NCBI GenBank assembly: GCA_043754515.1
Contig: JAYUUO010000239.1
Coordinates: 1-26,693, forward strand
Direction of reading: 5' to 3'
Origin: Armatimonadota bacterium
Lineage (GTDB): Bacteria > Armatimonadota > Armatimonadia > Armatimonadales > Armatimonadaceae
DNA length: 26,693 bases
Positions 1-7,482 of the stretch are shown piece after piece. Within the stretch, counting starts at the first letter, position 1; each line of letters opens with the position of its first letter. Position numbers and translations under genes: made by a program. The notes below the pieces were generated by a model, which saw nothing but the letters and a program-made list of their open reading frames with translations, searched no databases and was not told the origin of the DNA.

Positions 1-285
1 GGGGCGCGGTTCGCCGAAAAACTCGTCGGTGACTAGGAACTCCTCGCCATCCTCGATATCCCGATGAAGGCCGCAAGGCACAACGTAGAATGCGTGGGCG
101 TCTTCCCCTTCGACATAAAATCTACCGAAGGTCGTGTTATTCACATAAAAAAGGTCGTGATGGACTGTGGACTTCAACACGACGCGTTCAATGATCCCGC
201 GCCGAGATGGGTTGGTGATGAGTACGCGGGTAGCTCCCGTTGACGCGGAACGAACACCTGGGCTATATAATCTGGTGAACATCAT
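1..285 (-). CDS. Hypothetical protein, partial (runs off the left edge)
   Basis: Manual translation from ATG at 285 gives MMFTRLYSPGVRSAST...EEFLVTDEFFGEPRP, 95 codons with no stop before base 1. An AAGGAA RBS-like motif lies just upstream (289-294). Absent from the ORF track because it has no stop in the window. Confidence 0.55.
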   Translation of the reverse strand, partial: MMFTRLYSPGVRSASTGATRVLITNPSRRGIIERVVLKSTVHHDLFYVNNTTFGRFYVEGEDAHAFYVVPCGLHRDIEDGEEFLVTDEFFGEPRP

Positions 286-435
286 AGGTTCCTTGCCAAA
301 AACATATATCCATCACAGCCGGCCTGATGACACATCCCCTGGCTCCGGCGTTCCTCCTACATCGGGTTACAAGTCCGACCGTTCTACCAGAAGATGCGCC
401 CGATGGTCGGTCGTCCGCGTCAGGTCGGCCCGGGG

Positions 436-1032
436 CTAGAACTTGCCGGTGCGCTGCTCGAAGGCGGTGATGTCGGGCTCGTGCTGTAGCGTCAGCCCGA
501 TGTCGTCCAGCCCGTTCAGCAGGCAATGCTTACGGAACGGGTCCACCTCGAAACCGGCGTGGAAACCGCCCGGCCCGGTGACCGTTTGCGCTTCCAGATC
601 CACCGTCATGCTCGCGCCCGGCTCCGCTTGTAGCCGCGCCAGCAGGTCGGTGACTTGCGCTTCGGGGAGCGTGACCGGCAGTATCCCGTTTTTAAAGCAG
701 TTGTTGTAGAAAATATCCGCGTAGGACGGGGCGATCACGGAGCGAAACCCGTAGTCGAGGAGTGCCCAGGGTGCGTGCTCGCGCGACGACCCGCAGCCGA
801 AGTTCTTCCCCGTCACCAGGATCTCCGCGCCGCGCAGGGCGGGCGCGTTCAGCTCGAACTCCGGGTTCGGGGTGACGCCGTCCGCGAAGTACCGCCAGTC
901 GAAGAACAGGAACTTGCCGAACCCGGTGCGCTCGATGCGCTTCAGGAACTGCTTCGGGATGATCTGGTCCGTGTCGGCGTTCACGCGATCCAGCGGTGCC
1001 GCGATTGCCGTAAGTCGAATAAATGGTTGCAT
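436..1032 (-). CDS. leuD: 3-isopropylmalate dehydratase small subunit
   Basis: [41 protein letters not shown] and [12 protein letters not shown] are LeuD signature motifs. Confidence 0.97.
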   Translation of the reverse strand: MQPFIRLTAIAAPLDRVNADTDQIIPKQFLKRIERTGFGKFLFFDWRYFADGVTPNPEFELNAPALRGAEILVTGKNFGCGSSREHAPWALLDYGFRSVIAPSYADIFYNNCFKNGILPVTLPEAQVTDLLARLQAEPGASMTVDLEAQTVTGPGGFHAGFEVDPFRKHCLLNGLDDIGLTLQHEPDITAFEQRTGKF

Positions 1033-1038
1033 AGGGGT

Positions 1039-1044
1039 ATTGTA
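1039..1044 (-). promoter_or_regulatory. -10 element (TACAAT) 6 nt upstream of the leuD ATG; probable leaderless promoter
   Basis: Minus strand reads GGT-TACAAT-ACCCCT-ATG with no Shine-Dalgarno sequence. Confidence 0.6.
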
Positions 1045-1101
1045 ACCGTTCGCTTTGCCCCCTGTCCAGCCAATAATTCCGATGGATAAGATAGGGTACG
1101 A

Positions 1102-1665
1102 CTATCGCTGATCGCCGGTGCGGAGCGACCCGAGCCAGAACGAGTCGTGGAGTTCGGGGCGGTTCCCGCCTCGGGCACCGCGCCCGCCGATCTCCGCCAG
1201 CCCGTCCGTCAGTATCATCAGCGATTCGGCGATGTTCTCGCACAGGTTCCGGTCGCTGTTGCCCGGCCCGCCCGCCATGAGGAGGTAGACCAGTCGCGGC
1301 TTCGGCACCGCGCGGCGGGCGAGGAAATCGTCCGGCAATTCGTCGAGGGCGGCTTCTCGCGCGGCGATCCGGCAACCGTTCCCGCGCGACGACGACAAGG
1401 AGACGACGCGAAAGCCCGCCCCGCCGATCTCGAACCGGGCGTCGGCGAGTCCCGCCTCTTGCAGGGCGGCTTCGGTCCCTTCCGGGTCGGTGAAACCGGG
1501 GACGAAACCGCGCCCGGTCAGGGCGTCGGCGAGGTCGGCGGGTAGCACCGGCGTTGCCCGCCCGGTGAACACGCGGGCGAACGAGACCCCGCGTGCGATC
1601 CCCGCGAAAAACGGGTCGTCTGGCGCGGTCGCGGGTAACGGAATGGATTTTTTTACTTCGGTCAT
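1102..1665 (-). CDS. Hypothetical protein (187 aa)
   Basis: Long ORF with GC-rich codon usage. TGC-TATAAT lies 9 nt upstream of the ATG (1675-1680). No family recognised. Confidence 0.75.
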   Translation of the reverse strand: MTEVKKSIPLPATAPDDPFFAGIARGVSFARVFTGRATPVLPADLADALTGRGFVPGFTDPEGTEAALQEAGLADARFEIGGAGFRVVSLSSSRGNGCRIAAREAALDELPDDFLARRAVPKPRLVYLLMAGGPGNSDRNLCENIAESLMILTDGLAEIGGRGARGGNRPELHDSFWLGSLRTGDQR

Positions 1666-1729
1666 GCGGCTCTAATTATAGCACGTCGGCGGGGCGGATG
1701 CGGGTATTATTGGCAGGGTATTCGGAGCC

Positions 1730-1888
1730 GCAAACACCCGTCCGGTTGCCGTGACAAGTCTATGAGACCCACGTGGGGACTCGATTCGGCGGCGTCTTCG
1801 CGGACGCGGAACCGACACGCCGCAAGGTCGGCATAGTCAACCCTTTTGGATTCGAGGCATGCCCGTGCGCCGAACAGGGGCCGTTTGC
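1730..1888 (+). ncRNA. Candidate structured ncRNA, 6S RNA (SsrS)-like rod
   Basis: GCAAAC (1730-1735) pairs with GTTTGC (1883-1888), followed by an imperfect closing stem and a central bubble. Inner pairings are GACT (1778-1781)/AGTC (1835-1838) and GCGGCGT (1789-1795)/ACGCCGC (1817-1823). A TATTAT -10 sits at 1705-1710. Strand assignment is tentative. Confidence 0.4.
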
Positions 1889-2008
1889 CCACCGGCGAAG
1901 GCGCGTCGGTGCTGGGCGCGCGAGCCCGCGCGGCAGGAAAAACCGCGCCGCGTGACGAACATACGATTTGGAAGTTTTGTTTCGGAAGTAGTAAGAGGAT
2001 ACACGGAT

Positions 2009-2674
2009 ATGTCGGACGAGCAGAGCCAGCGCGTAGACGAGCAGAGTCAGCGCATACACGAATTGTGGAATCGCGTCGTGGAGAGGGTCAAGCAGTCCTT
2101 GATCGTGCCCAACGTGTGGCGGGCGTTGGAACGCACCGTGCCGGTGGTTTGGGAGGGTGACACGTTCGTGGTCGGCTTTCTCTCCGGCGAGTCGGTTTCG
2201 GGGCAACTGGGCGCGTTTGAGACGCGGCTCGCCATCGAAAAGGCACTGCGCGAGGTTTCCGGCACGCAGAGCGTCAGCTACCGCCTGATCGAGGGCGAGA
2301 CCATAGCAGACTGGGAATACGTCAAACTGCGCGACGCGGCGGTGATCGCCGGTCAGCAACAGGCCGTTGTGCGCTCTCAGAAAGAGACGGCGGCGGCGGG
2401 GACGTGGGACGAAGTCTACGAGCGGATCGCGCGCCTGTGGACGGGCGCGGAGCACCGCGGGCAGGCCGGGGGGCGGGCGCGCTTCTTGCACTCCTCCATG
2501 ACCGTGCTGGAAGAGGCAACCCGCCGCATCTACCCCGACGCCGCTACCAAGCCGGACGAGGCGCAGGAGCGTGGCCTGTCCCGTGTTCTCGAACGGATCG
2601 CCTCCTACACCAACTCGGACGCGGCGATGGTCGGGGCACTGCTCTTCGGGCGTCTGGACAAGCACGGTGAGTAG
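2009..2674 (+). CDS. Hypothetical protein with a DnaA N-terminal/DciA-like N-terminal region
   Basis: ATG at 2009 follows a GAGGA RBS. The pattern ELWNRVVERVK...W..LE...PV..EGDTFVVGF...AIEKALREVSG resembles DnaA domain I (KH-like). No AAA+ motifs. Confidence 0.7.
   Translation: MSDEQSQRVDEQSQRIHELWNRVVERVKQSLIVPNVWRALERTVPVVWEGDTFVVGFLSGESVSGQLGAFETRLAIEKALREVSGTQSVSYRLIEGETIADWEYVKLRDAAVIAGQQQAVVRSQKETAAAGTWDEVYERIARLWTGAEHRGQAGGRARFLHSSMTVLEEATRRIYPDAATKPDEAQERGLSRVLERIASYTNSDAAMVGALLFGRLDKHGE
2015..2056 (+). repeat. 21-bp in-frame tandem duplication (DEQSQRV/DEQSQRI)
   Basis: gacgagcagagccagcgcgta followed by gacgagcagagtcagcgcata. Confidence 0.85.
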
Positions 2675-2686
2675 ACTTCGGCGGGG

Positions 2687-3559
2687 CTACTCGGGGATGC
2701 CAATGGTGGCCGAGAACACCCCGGCCGCAGGTCCCGTCATCAGGACGTGGCCCGACTCCCGCCAGTCAATGCGCAAATCGCCGCCCGCCAGATGAACCAG
2801 CACCCGCCGCCCCGTAAACCCGTTCAGGTGCGACGCGACCGCCGAGGCACAGGCACCCGTGCCGCAGGCGAGGGTTCTGCCCGCGCCGCGCTCCCAGGTG
2901 AGCATCCGAATCTCGTCCGGCGCGATGACCTCGACACAATGGACGTTGACGCGGCGCGGGAAGAGCGGGTGGTTTTCTAGCACCGGTCCCAGGGTGTTAA
3001 TGCTCTCCTCGGTGGCGGGGTTCTCGAAGTAGATGACGTGTGGGTTGCCCGTCGAAACGCCAGTCACGCGTATGGTCTCCTCGCCGCCGATCGTTAAGCC
3101 GTCGCCGATAACGGTGTCGGACGGCGTGCCCTCCATCGCGAGATCCGCCCGCGTCAGCCCCGGCTCGCCCATATCCACGGTGACTTCCAAAACCGCGTTC
3201 GCCGCGTCAACCACAAGCGTCAGATTTTTGATGCCGCCGAGCGTGCCGATAGAAATGGCTTTCTTCGTGGTGTAGCCCCGCTCATACACCAGTTTGGCGA
3301 CGCAACGGATTGCGTTGCCGCACATCTCCGCCTCGGATCCGTCCGGGTTGAACATGCGCATACCGAAGTCGTCGTCGCCGCCGCCCGGTAGCACCAGCAC
3401 GGTGCCGTCCGCGCCGACCCCGAACTTGCGGTCACATAAAAAAGAGGACGCCCGCTGCAACTCTTCCGGCGTGAAAGAAGGCGGAGTCCGGGACATGAAA
3501 TCGGCAACGACGAAGTCGTTGCCGATCCCATGCATCTTGGTGAAGGTAAGTTCCCTCAA
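2687..3559 (-). CDS. dapF: Diaminopimelate epimerase
   Basis: FTKMHGIGNDF, NPDGSEAEMCGNAIRC, GNPH and ERGAGRTLACGTGACA motifs. TTG start with an AGGAG RBS. Confidence 0.97.
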   Translation of the reverse strand: MRELTFTKMHGIGNDFVVADFMSRTPPSFTPEELQRASSFLCDRKFGVGADGTVLVLPGGGDDDFGMRMFNPDGSEAEMCGNAIRCVAKLVYERGYTTKKAISIGTLGGIKNLTLVVDAANAVLEVTVDMGEPGLTRADLAMEGTPSDTVIGDGLTIGGEETIRVTGVSTGNPHVIYFENPATEESINTLGPVLENHPLFPRRVNVHCVEVIAPDEIRMLTWERGAGRTLACGTGACASAVASHLNGFTGRRVLVHLAGGDLRIDWRESGHVLMTGPAAGVFSATIGIPE

Positions 3560-3592
3560 AGGTAAATGCTCCTGTTTTTCTCGCCCGCCTCG

Positions 3593-3907
3593 CTACCGTT
3601 CCTCGACTGGCTCGGCAACCTGCGATTCCTCGCCGTCGCCGTTCGTCTCGGGTTGCTGTTGCCCGTGCGGGTTCCCCTGCGCGTCGCGCATGTGAACCGG
3701 CCGCATCGGCACGATGCTGGTGACTGCCGACTTGTAGACCAGTTGTGTCGGGCGCCCCGGCGATTCCAGCAGAATCGTGAACGCGTCGAAGCCACGCACG
3801 TGCCCGCGCAGTTGCACCGAGTTGATCAGATAGATCGTGACCGCGATATTCTCTTTTCGGACCTGATTCAGAAACGTGTCCTGTAAATTAACCTGAGTTT
3901 TGTTCAT
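3593..3907 (-). CDS. hfq: RNA chaperone Hfq
   Basis: NLQDTFLNQVRKENIAVTIYLIN..QLRG.V.GFD.F...QLVYKSAVTSIVP (Sm1/Sm2). Directly downstream of miaA. ATG at 3907 follows a GAGG RBS. Confidence 0.95.
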   Translation of the reverse strand: MNKTQVNLQDTFLNQVRKENIAVTIYLINSVQLRGHVRGFDAFTILLESPGRPTQLVYKSAVTSIVPMRPVHMRDAQGNPHGQQQPETNGDGEESQVAEPVEER

Positions 3908-3959
3908 TCGTGTCCCTCTCGCTTTCATTTGCGCTTCCTGGCGAAGAAGCGGGCGGTAT

Positions 3960-4973
3960 TTATTCCGTTGCCCCGGCGATCCGTCGTTCGAGTTTTTCCA
4001 CCAGCGCGTCGGCGGCCGCCTCCGCCGAACTTCCCTCCGCGACCGGGAGCCATGACACCCCCGGATCGGCGCGAAACCACGATATTTGCCGCTTTGCGAA
4101 GCGGCGCGTATCCCGCTTCAACTCCTCCACCACCTCCGCGAGTGTTAGTTCCCCGCGCAGGTGGCGGGCCAGATGGCGGTAGCCGAGACTGCCCATGCTC
4201 TTGAGCGACGCGTCGTAGCCTGCCGCAAGCAGGTCGCGCACCTCACCCAGAAAACCATCCACCATCATCGCGTCCACGCGCGTCTCGATGCGCCGATATA
4301 GCTCCGCCCGCTCGCGCTCCAGGCCGAACTGGAACAGATTGGGCTTCGGCACGCCGTGAACGCCCTCCCGCGTGTGGAAGTCGGAGATCGGTCTTCCCGT
4401 CACCTCGTGTACTTCTAAAGCGCGAATCGCCCGCTTCGCGTCCCCCGGCAGAATCTTCAGCGCGGACGCCGGGTCAACCGCGCGGAGCCGCTCATAGACG
4501 ACGCCCGCCCCGCCTTCCGCTACCTCCGCCCAGAGCCGCGCCCGGAACGCCTCCTGCGGCGCGACGGCGGGGACCGCGAGCGTCGCCGTCACTGCGCGCA
4601 CATACAAGCCGGTCCCCCCCGCCAGAATCGGCACCTTGCCGCGCCGCCGGATGTCCGCGATGGCCGCGCTCGCTAATGACTCGAAATCGGCGAGCGTGAA
4701 CTCCTCGTCCGGGTCAACCACCCCGATCAGGTGGAACGTGGCGGACGCCCGCTCCGCGTCGTCCGGCTTCGCGGCACCGATATCCAGACGCCGGTACACC
4801 GCAACCGCGTCCGCGCTCACGATCTCGCCCCCCAGACGCTTCGCCAGTGCCACCGCAACCGCCGTTTTGCCGGACGCGGTAGGCCCCACGACGGCGATCA
4901 GCGGTGGCTCCCCGCTCGGCGGCGGTTCGCTAAGAGCAGTGACCGCCCCACCTGCATGTTCGTTCGCTTGCAT
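3960..4973 (-). CDS. miaA: tRNA dimethylallyltransferase
   Basis: GPTASGKT P-loop, EIVSAD, GGTGLY, RALEV and TRRFAKRQISWF. A TATAAT -10 at 4991-4996 overlaps the purA stop codon. Confidence 0.96.
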   Translation of the reverse strand: MQANEHAGGAVTALSEPPPSGEPPLIAVVGPTASGKTAVAVALAKRLGGEIVSADAVAVYRRLDIGAAKPDDAERASATFHLIGVVDPDEEFTLADFESLASAAIADIRRRGKVPILAGGTGLYVRAVTATLAVPAVAPQEAFRARLWAEVAEGGAGVVYERLRAVDPASALKILPGDAKRAIRALEVHEVTGRPISDFHTREGVHGVPKPNLFQFGLERERAELYRRIETRVDAMMVDGFLGEVRDLLAAGYDASLKSMGSLGYRHLARHLRGELTLAEVVEELKRDTRRFAKRQISWFRADPGVSWLPVAEGSSAEAAADALVEKLERRIAGATE

Positions 4974-4991
4974 TCGTCCTCGGTCCGGCGA

Positions 4992-6386
4992 TTATAACAC
5001 GGCTACCGGAGCCAGGGCAAGTATCCCGGCTCCGAACGGGGAAGGGCGCGGCAGGGTGAACAGTTCGCGCGGGGCGGGCTTGCCCGGCGCGACCAGTGTC
5101 TGGTCGCGGCGCGGCCCGACTGACACCAGCACGGCGGGAATCCCGGCGATCTCCTCAATCCGGCGGACATACGCTTGCGCGTTTCCTGGCAGGTCGCTGA
5201 AACAGGTCATCCGATCCCAATCCGCCTCCTCCCAGCCCGGTAGCGTCTCGAACACCGGCTCGCAACCGTCCAGGAGCGAAACATCGCCCGCCGGGAAATG
5301 AGCCAGCGTCGCGCCGTTTCTGGTGTAGTGGGTGCAAATACTCACCGTGTCGAAGCCGGCGAGCACATCGAGGTGCCCGATACACAGGCCGGTGATGCCG
5401 TTCACACGCGCCGAATAGCGCAACGCGAACGCGTCCAGCCAACCGCAACGGCGCGGTCTACCCGTGGTCGTGCCGTACTCGTGCCCGCGCTCACGGATTC
5501 GCTCGCCGCGTTCGTCGAGCAGTTCGGTCGGGAATGTCCCCGCGCCGACGCGGGTCGTGTACCCTTTGACCACGCCCAGCACCTGCCCGATAGCGGTCGG
5601 TGGGACGCCGGTGCCGATGGTGGCACCGCCGGAAATCGGGTGCGACGAGGTCACGAATGGGTACGTGCCGCCGTCAATGTCCAGCAACGTGGCTTGCGCT
5701 CCCTCGAACAGGATACGCTTCCCTTGCGAGACGGCGTTGTATCCGAGTGCTTGCGTATCACAGATGTAGGGGCGGAGGGTGTCGGCGAGCGGGAGCAGTT
5801 CCGCGAGGATTGTCTCTTCCGCGAACGGCTCCGCGCCGTAAACCTTCGTCAGAAGCGCGTTTTTGAGCGGGAGCACAACCGCGAGCCGCTCCCGGAGCCG
5901 CGCCTCGCTTGTCAGATCACCCATGCGGATTCCGACGCGCGATGCCTTGTCCGCGTAGCAAGGCCCGACTCCGCGCCCGGTGGTCCCGATAGCACCCGCG
6001 CCTTTGGCGGCTTCCTCTAGCACGTCGAGGCGTTCGTGATACGGGAGGATGACGTGCGCGTTCTGGGAGACTTTCAGGTTATCAACGGCGAAGCCGTGCT
6101 GCTTGAGGGTGGCGATCTCGCGCGCCAGAATCCGGGGGGCGATTGCCATGCCGTCCGCCATGAGGCATAGCGCACGCGGGTTCAGAATGCCGCTCGGGAT
6201 CAGGTGGAACTTGTGCGTGGTGTCTCCGACGATCACGGTATGCCCCGCATTGGGGCCGCCGCCGTAGCGGATGATGACGTCCGCGTCTTGGCCGATCAGG
6301 TCTACGAACTTGCCCTTCGCTTCGTCGCCCCAATGGGTACCGATCACCACCACCGCGCCTGTTACCGGCGCGTCGCCACTGCTCAT
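4992..6386 (-). CDS. purA: Adenylosuccinate synthetase
   Basis: WGDEAKGK, GGPNAGHT, IGTTGRGVGP.Y.DK, EGAQ, GTYPFVTSS and EYGTTTGRPRRCGWLD. ATG at 6386 chosen because of the GGAG RBS; GTG at 6398 is the alternative. Confidence 0.97.
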   Translation of the reverse strand: MSSGDAPVTGAVVVIGTHWGDEAKGKFVDLIGQDADVIIRYGGGPNAGHTVIVGDTTHKFHLIPSGILNPRALCLMADGMAIAPRILAREIATLKQHGFAVDNLKVSQNAHVILPYHERLDVLEEAAKGAGAIGTTGRGVGPCYADKASRVGIRMGDLTSEARLRERLAVVLPLKNALLTKVYGAEPFAEETILAELLPLADTLRPYICDTQALGYNAVSQGKRILFEGAQATLLDIDGGTYPFVTSSHPISGGATIGTGVPPTAIGQVLGVVKGYTTRVGAGTFPTELLDERGERIRERGHEYGTTTGRPRRCGWLDAFALRYSARVNGITGLCIGHLDVLAGFDTVSICTHYTRNGATLAHFPAGDVSLLDGCEPVFETLPGWEEADWDRMTCFSDLPGNAQAYVRRIEEIAGIPAVLVSVGPRRDQTLVAPGKPAPRELFTLPRPSPFGAGILALAPVAVL

Positions 6387-6558
6387 ACCGTGCGTCACTC
6401 CCCCGATGATAAATGCCGAAATTGTGTTTCATCCGCGTGCCGGGCAAGAAAAAAGGATAGCGATCCCGGTTCGCGCCTGTTGGTGTCAAGCCGGGCGGCT
6501 CGACCGCGCTCCCCGCGTCGTTATCCCTTGCAAGGGTTTTTATCGAATGAACGCAAGC

Positions 6559-6587
6559 ATTGTAACGTGCGCGTGCCGCGCCGTCAA
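6559..6587 (-). promoter_or_regulatory. sigma70-type promoter for purA (TTGACG-N17-TACAAT)
   Basis: -35 at 6582-6587, -10 at 6559-6564, exact 17-nt spacer. Confidence 0.75.
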
Positions 6588-6608
6588 GCGGCGGCTGTAA
6601 GGCTGTAA

Positions 6609-6720
6609 GGCGATTGCATCATAGCCTGGTTGGTTACGCGGGTCTTCGCCCCGCGTACCAACGCGGGGCGAAACCCGCGTGGATAATTAAGGGCATCAGG
6701 ACGACTGTGGTGCAATCGCC
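6609..6720. repeat. REP/REPIN-like inverted-repeat element (~112 bp)
   Basis: Inner near-perfect palindrome ACGCGGGT(C)TTCGCCCCGCGT-ACCA-ACGCGGGGCGAAACCCGCGT (6636-6680). Outer arms GGCGATTGCATCATAGCC (6609-6626) and GACTGTGGTGCAATCGCC (6703-6720). Confidence 0.7.
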
Positions 6721-6830
6721 CTAGCGGCGATTACAGGTCGGCGGGACGCGCATCACTCTGATGCGCTGATTGCAACCCGATCTGGTCTGCTTCGCTACGA
6801 TGGCGAGTTCATTGAGTCGGTTGGGAACCG

Positions 6831-7475
6831 TTAAGGCGAGATCGCGCCGATGTTGTTCGCGCATTCGCCGCACACATAATCGAGCGCGCCGAGAAGATTG
6901 GGCAAGTCCCCCAATGCGTACAATTCGGTCTCATAAACATCACCGGCTTCTTCTAGCTTGTAGAACTGCCAGCCCTGGCCGTTGCTGACGATCCCGAACA
7001 CGTCAACAGCGAGCGACTGCCGGCGATTGTTCCACCGGCAGGCGAACATCTCGGCGATGCACTGCGCTCTGCCTTTTTCAAAATCATCGCGCTTTGCCTC
7101 AATTACGCAAAGAAGAGGGGTTTCCAGGTAAGCGCGGCGTGGGGCGATCAAGTAATCCGCAGTGCCAGTTAACGTATCAGTCCGCAACGCCGCCGCCTTC
7201 CACACTTTGAGGGCATCATAGTTCGGCACGATTTCCGATAACAATGAATCAATAAGAAGCGTCTTACTTTGCTCCGACCCGGTGAGATCGAATGCCTGCT
7301 TCCGACGCAAATCCTCGGCCAGAAAGTCGCTCTGTGGGCGCGGCAACGCGCCGAGTTTCCACGCGAGGAGGTTTTGCCTGCCGATGAGTTGCATAGCCTC
7401 TCGTAAGCCGATGTCGGAATACTTTCGCTTGATGACATTTCGAGTGAGCGGGGAACCGTCCCCGGGTGCTAGCAT
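6831..7475 (-). CDS. PD-(D/E)XK nuclease-fold protein (similar to the type I restriction HsdR N-terminal domain)
   Basis: SE..K, G.ADY, VIEAKR, AQ..AEM and FGIVSNGQGWQF pattern. Visibly lower GC than its neighbours. TGG-TATAAT lies 6 nt before the ATG. Confidence 0.7.
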   Translation of the reverse strand: MLAPGDGSPLTRNVIKRKYSDIGLREAMQLIGRQNLLAWKLGALPRPQSDFLAEDLRRKQAFDLTGSEQSKTLLIDSLLSEIVPNYDALKVWKAAALRTDTLTGTADYLIAPRRAYLETPLLCVIEAKRDDFEKGRAQCIAEMFACRWNNRRQSLAVDVFGIVSNGQGWQFYKLEEAGDVYETELYALGDLPNLLGALDYVCGECANNIGAISP

Positions 7476-7482
7476 GGGGTGA

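Noticed and set aside
436..1032. leuD without an adjacent leuC
   Set aside because: Split leuC and leuD loci are not rare, and leuD has its own promoter. leuC is presumably elsewhere in the genome.
1775..1860. GGGGAC...GATTCG resembling a tmRNA or tRNA 5' end
   Set aside because: No T-arm, acceptor stem with CCA, or tag reading frame could be built. SRP and RNase P hallmark motifs are also absent.
6593..6766. Possible CRISPR mini-array
   Set aside because: The repeats are inverted rather than direct and regularly spaced, and there are no spacers or cas genes.
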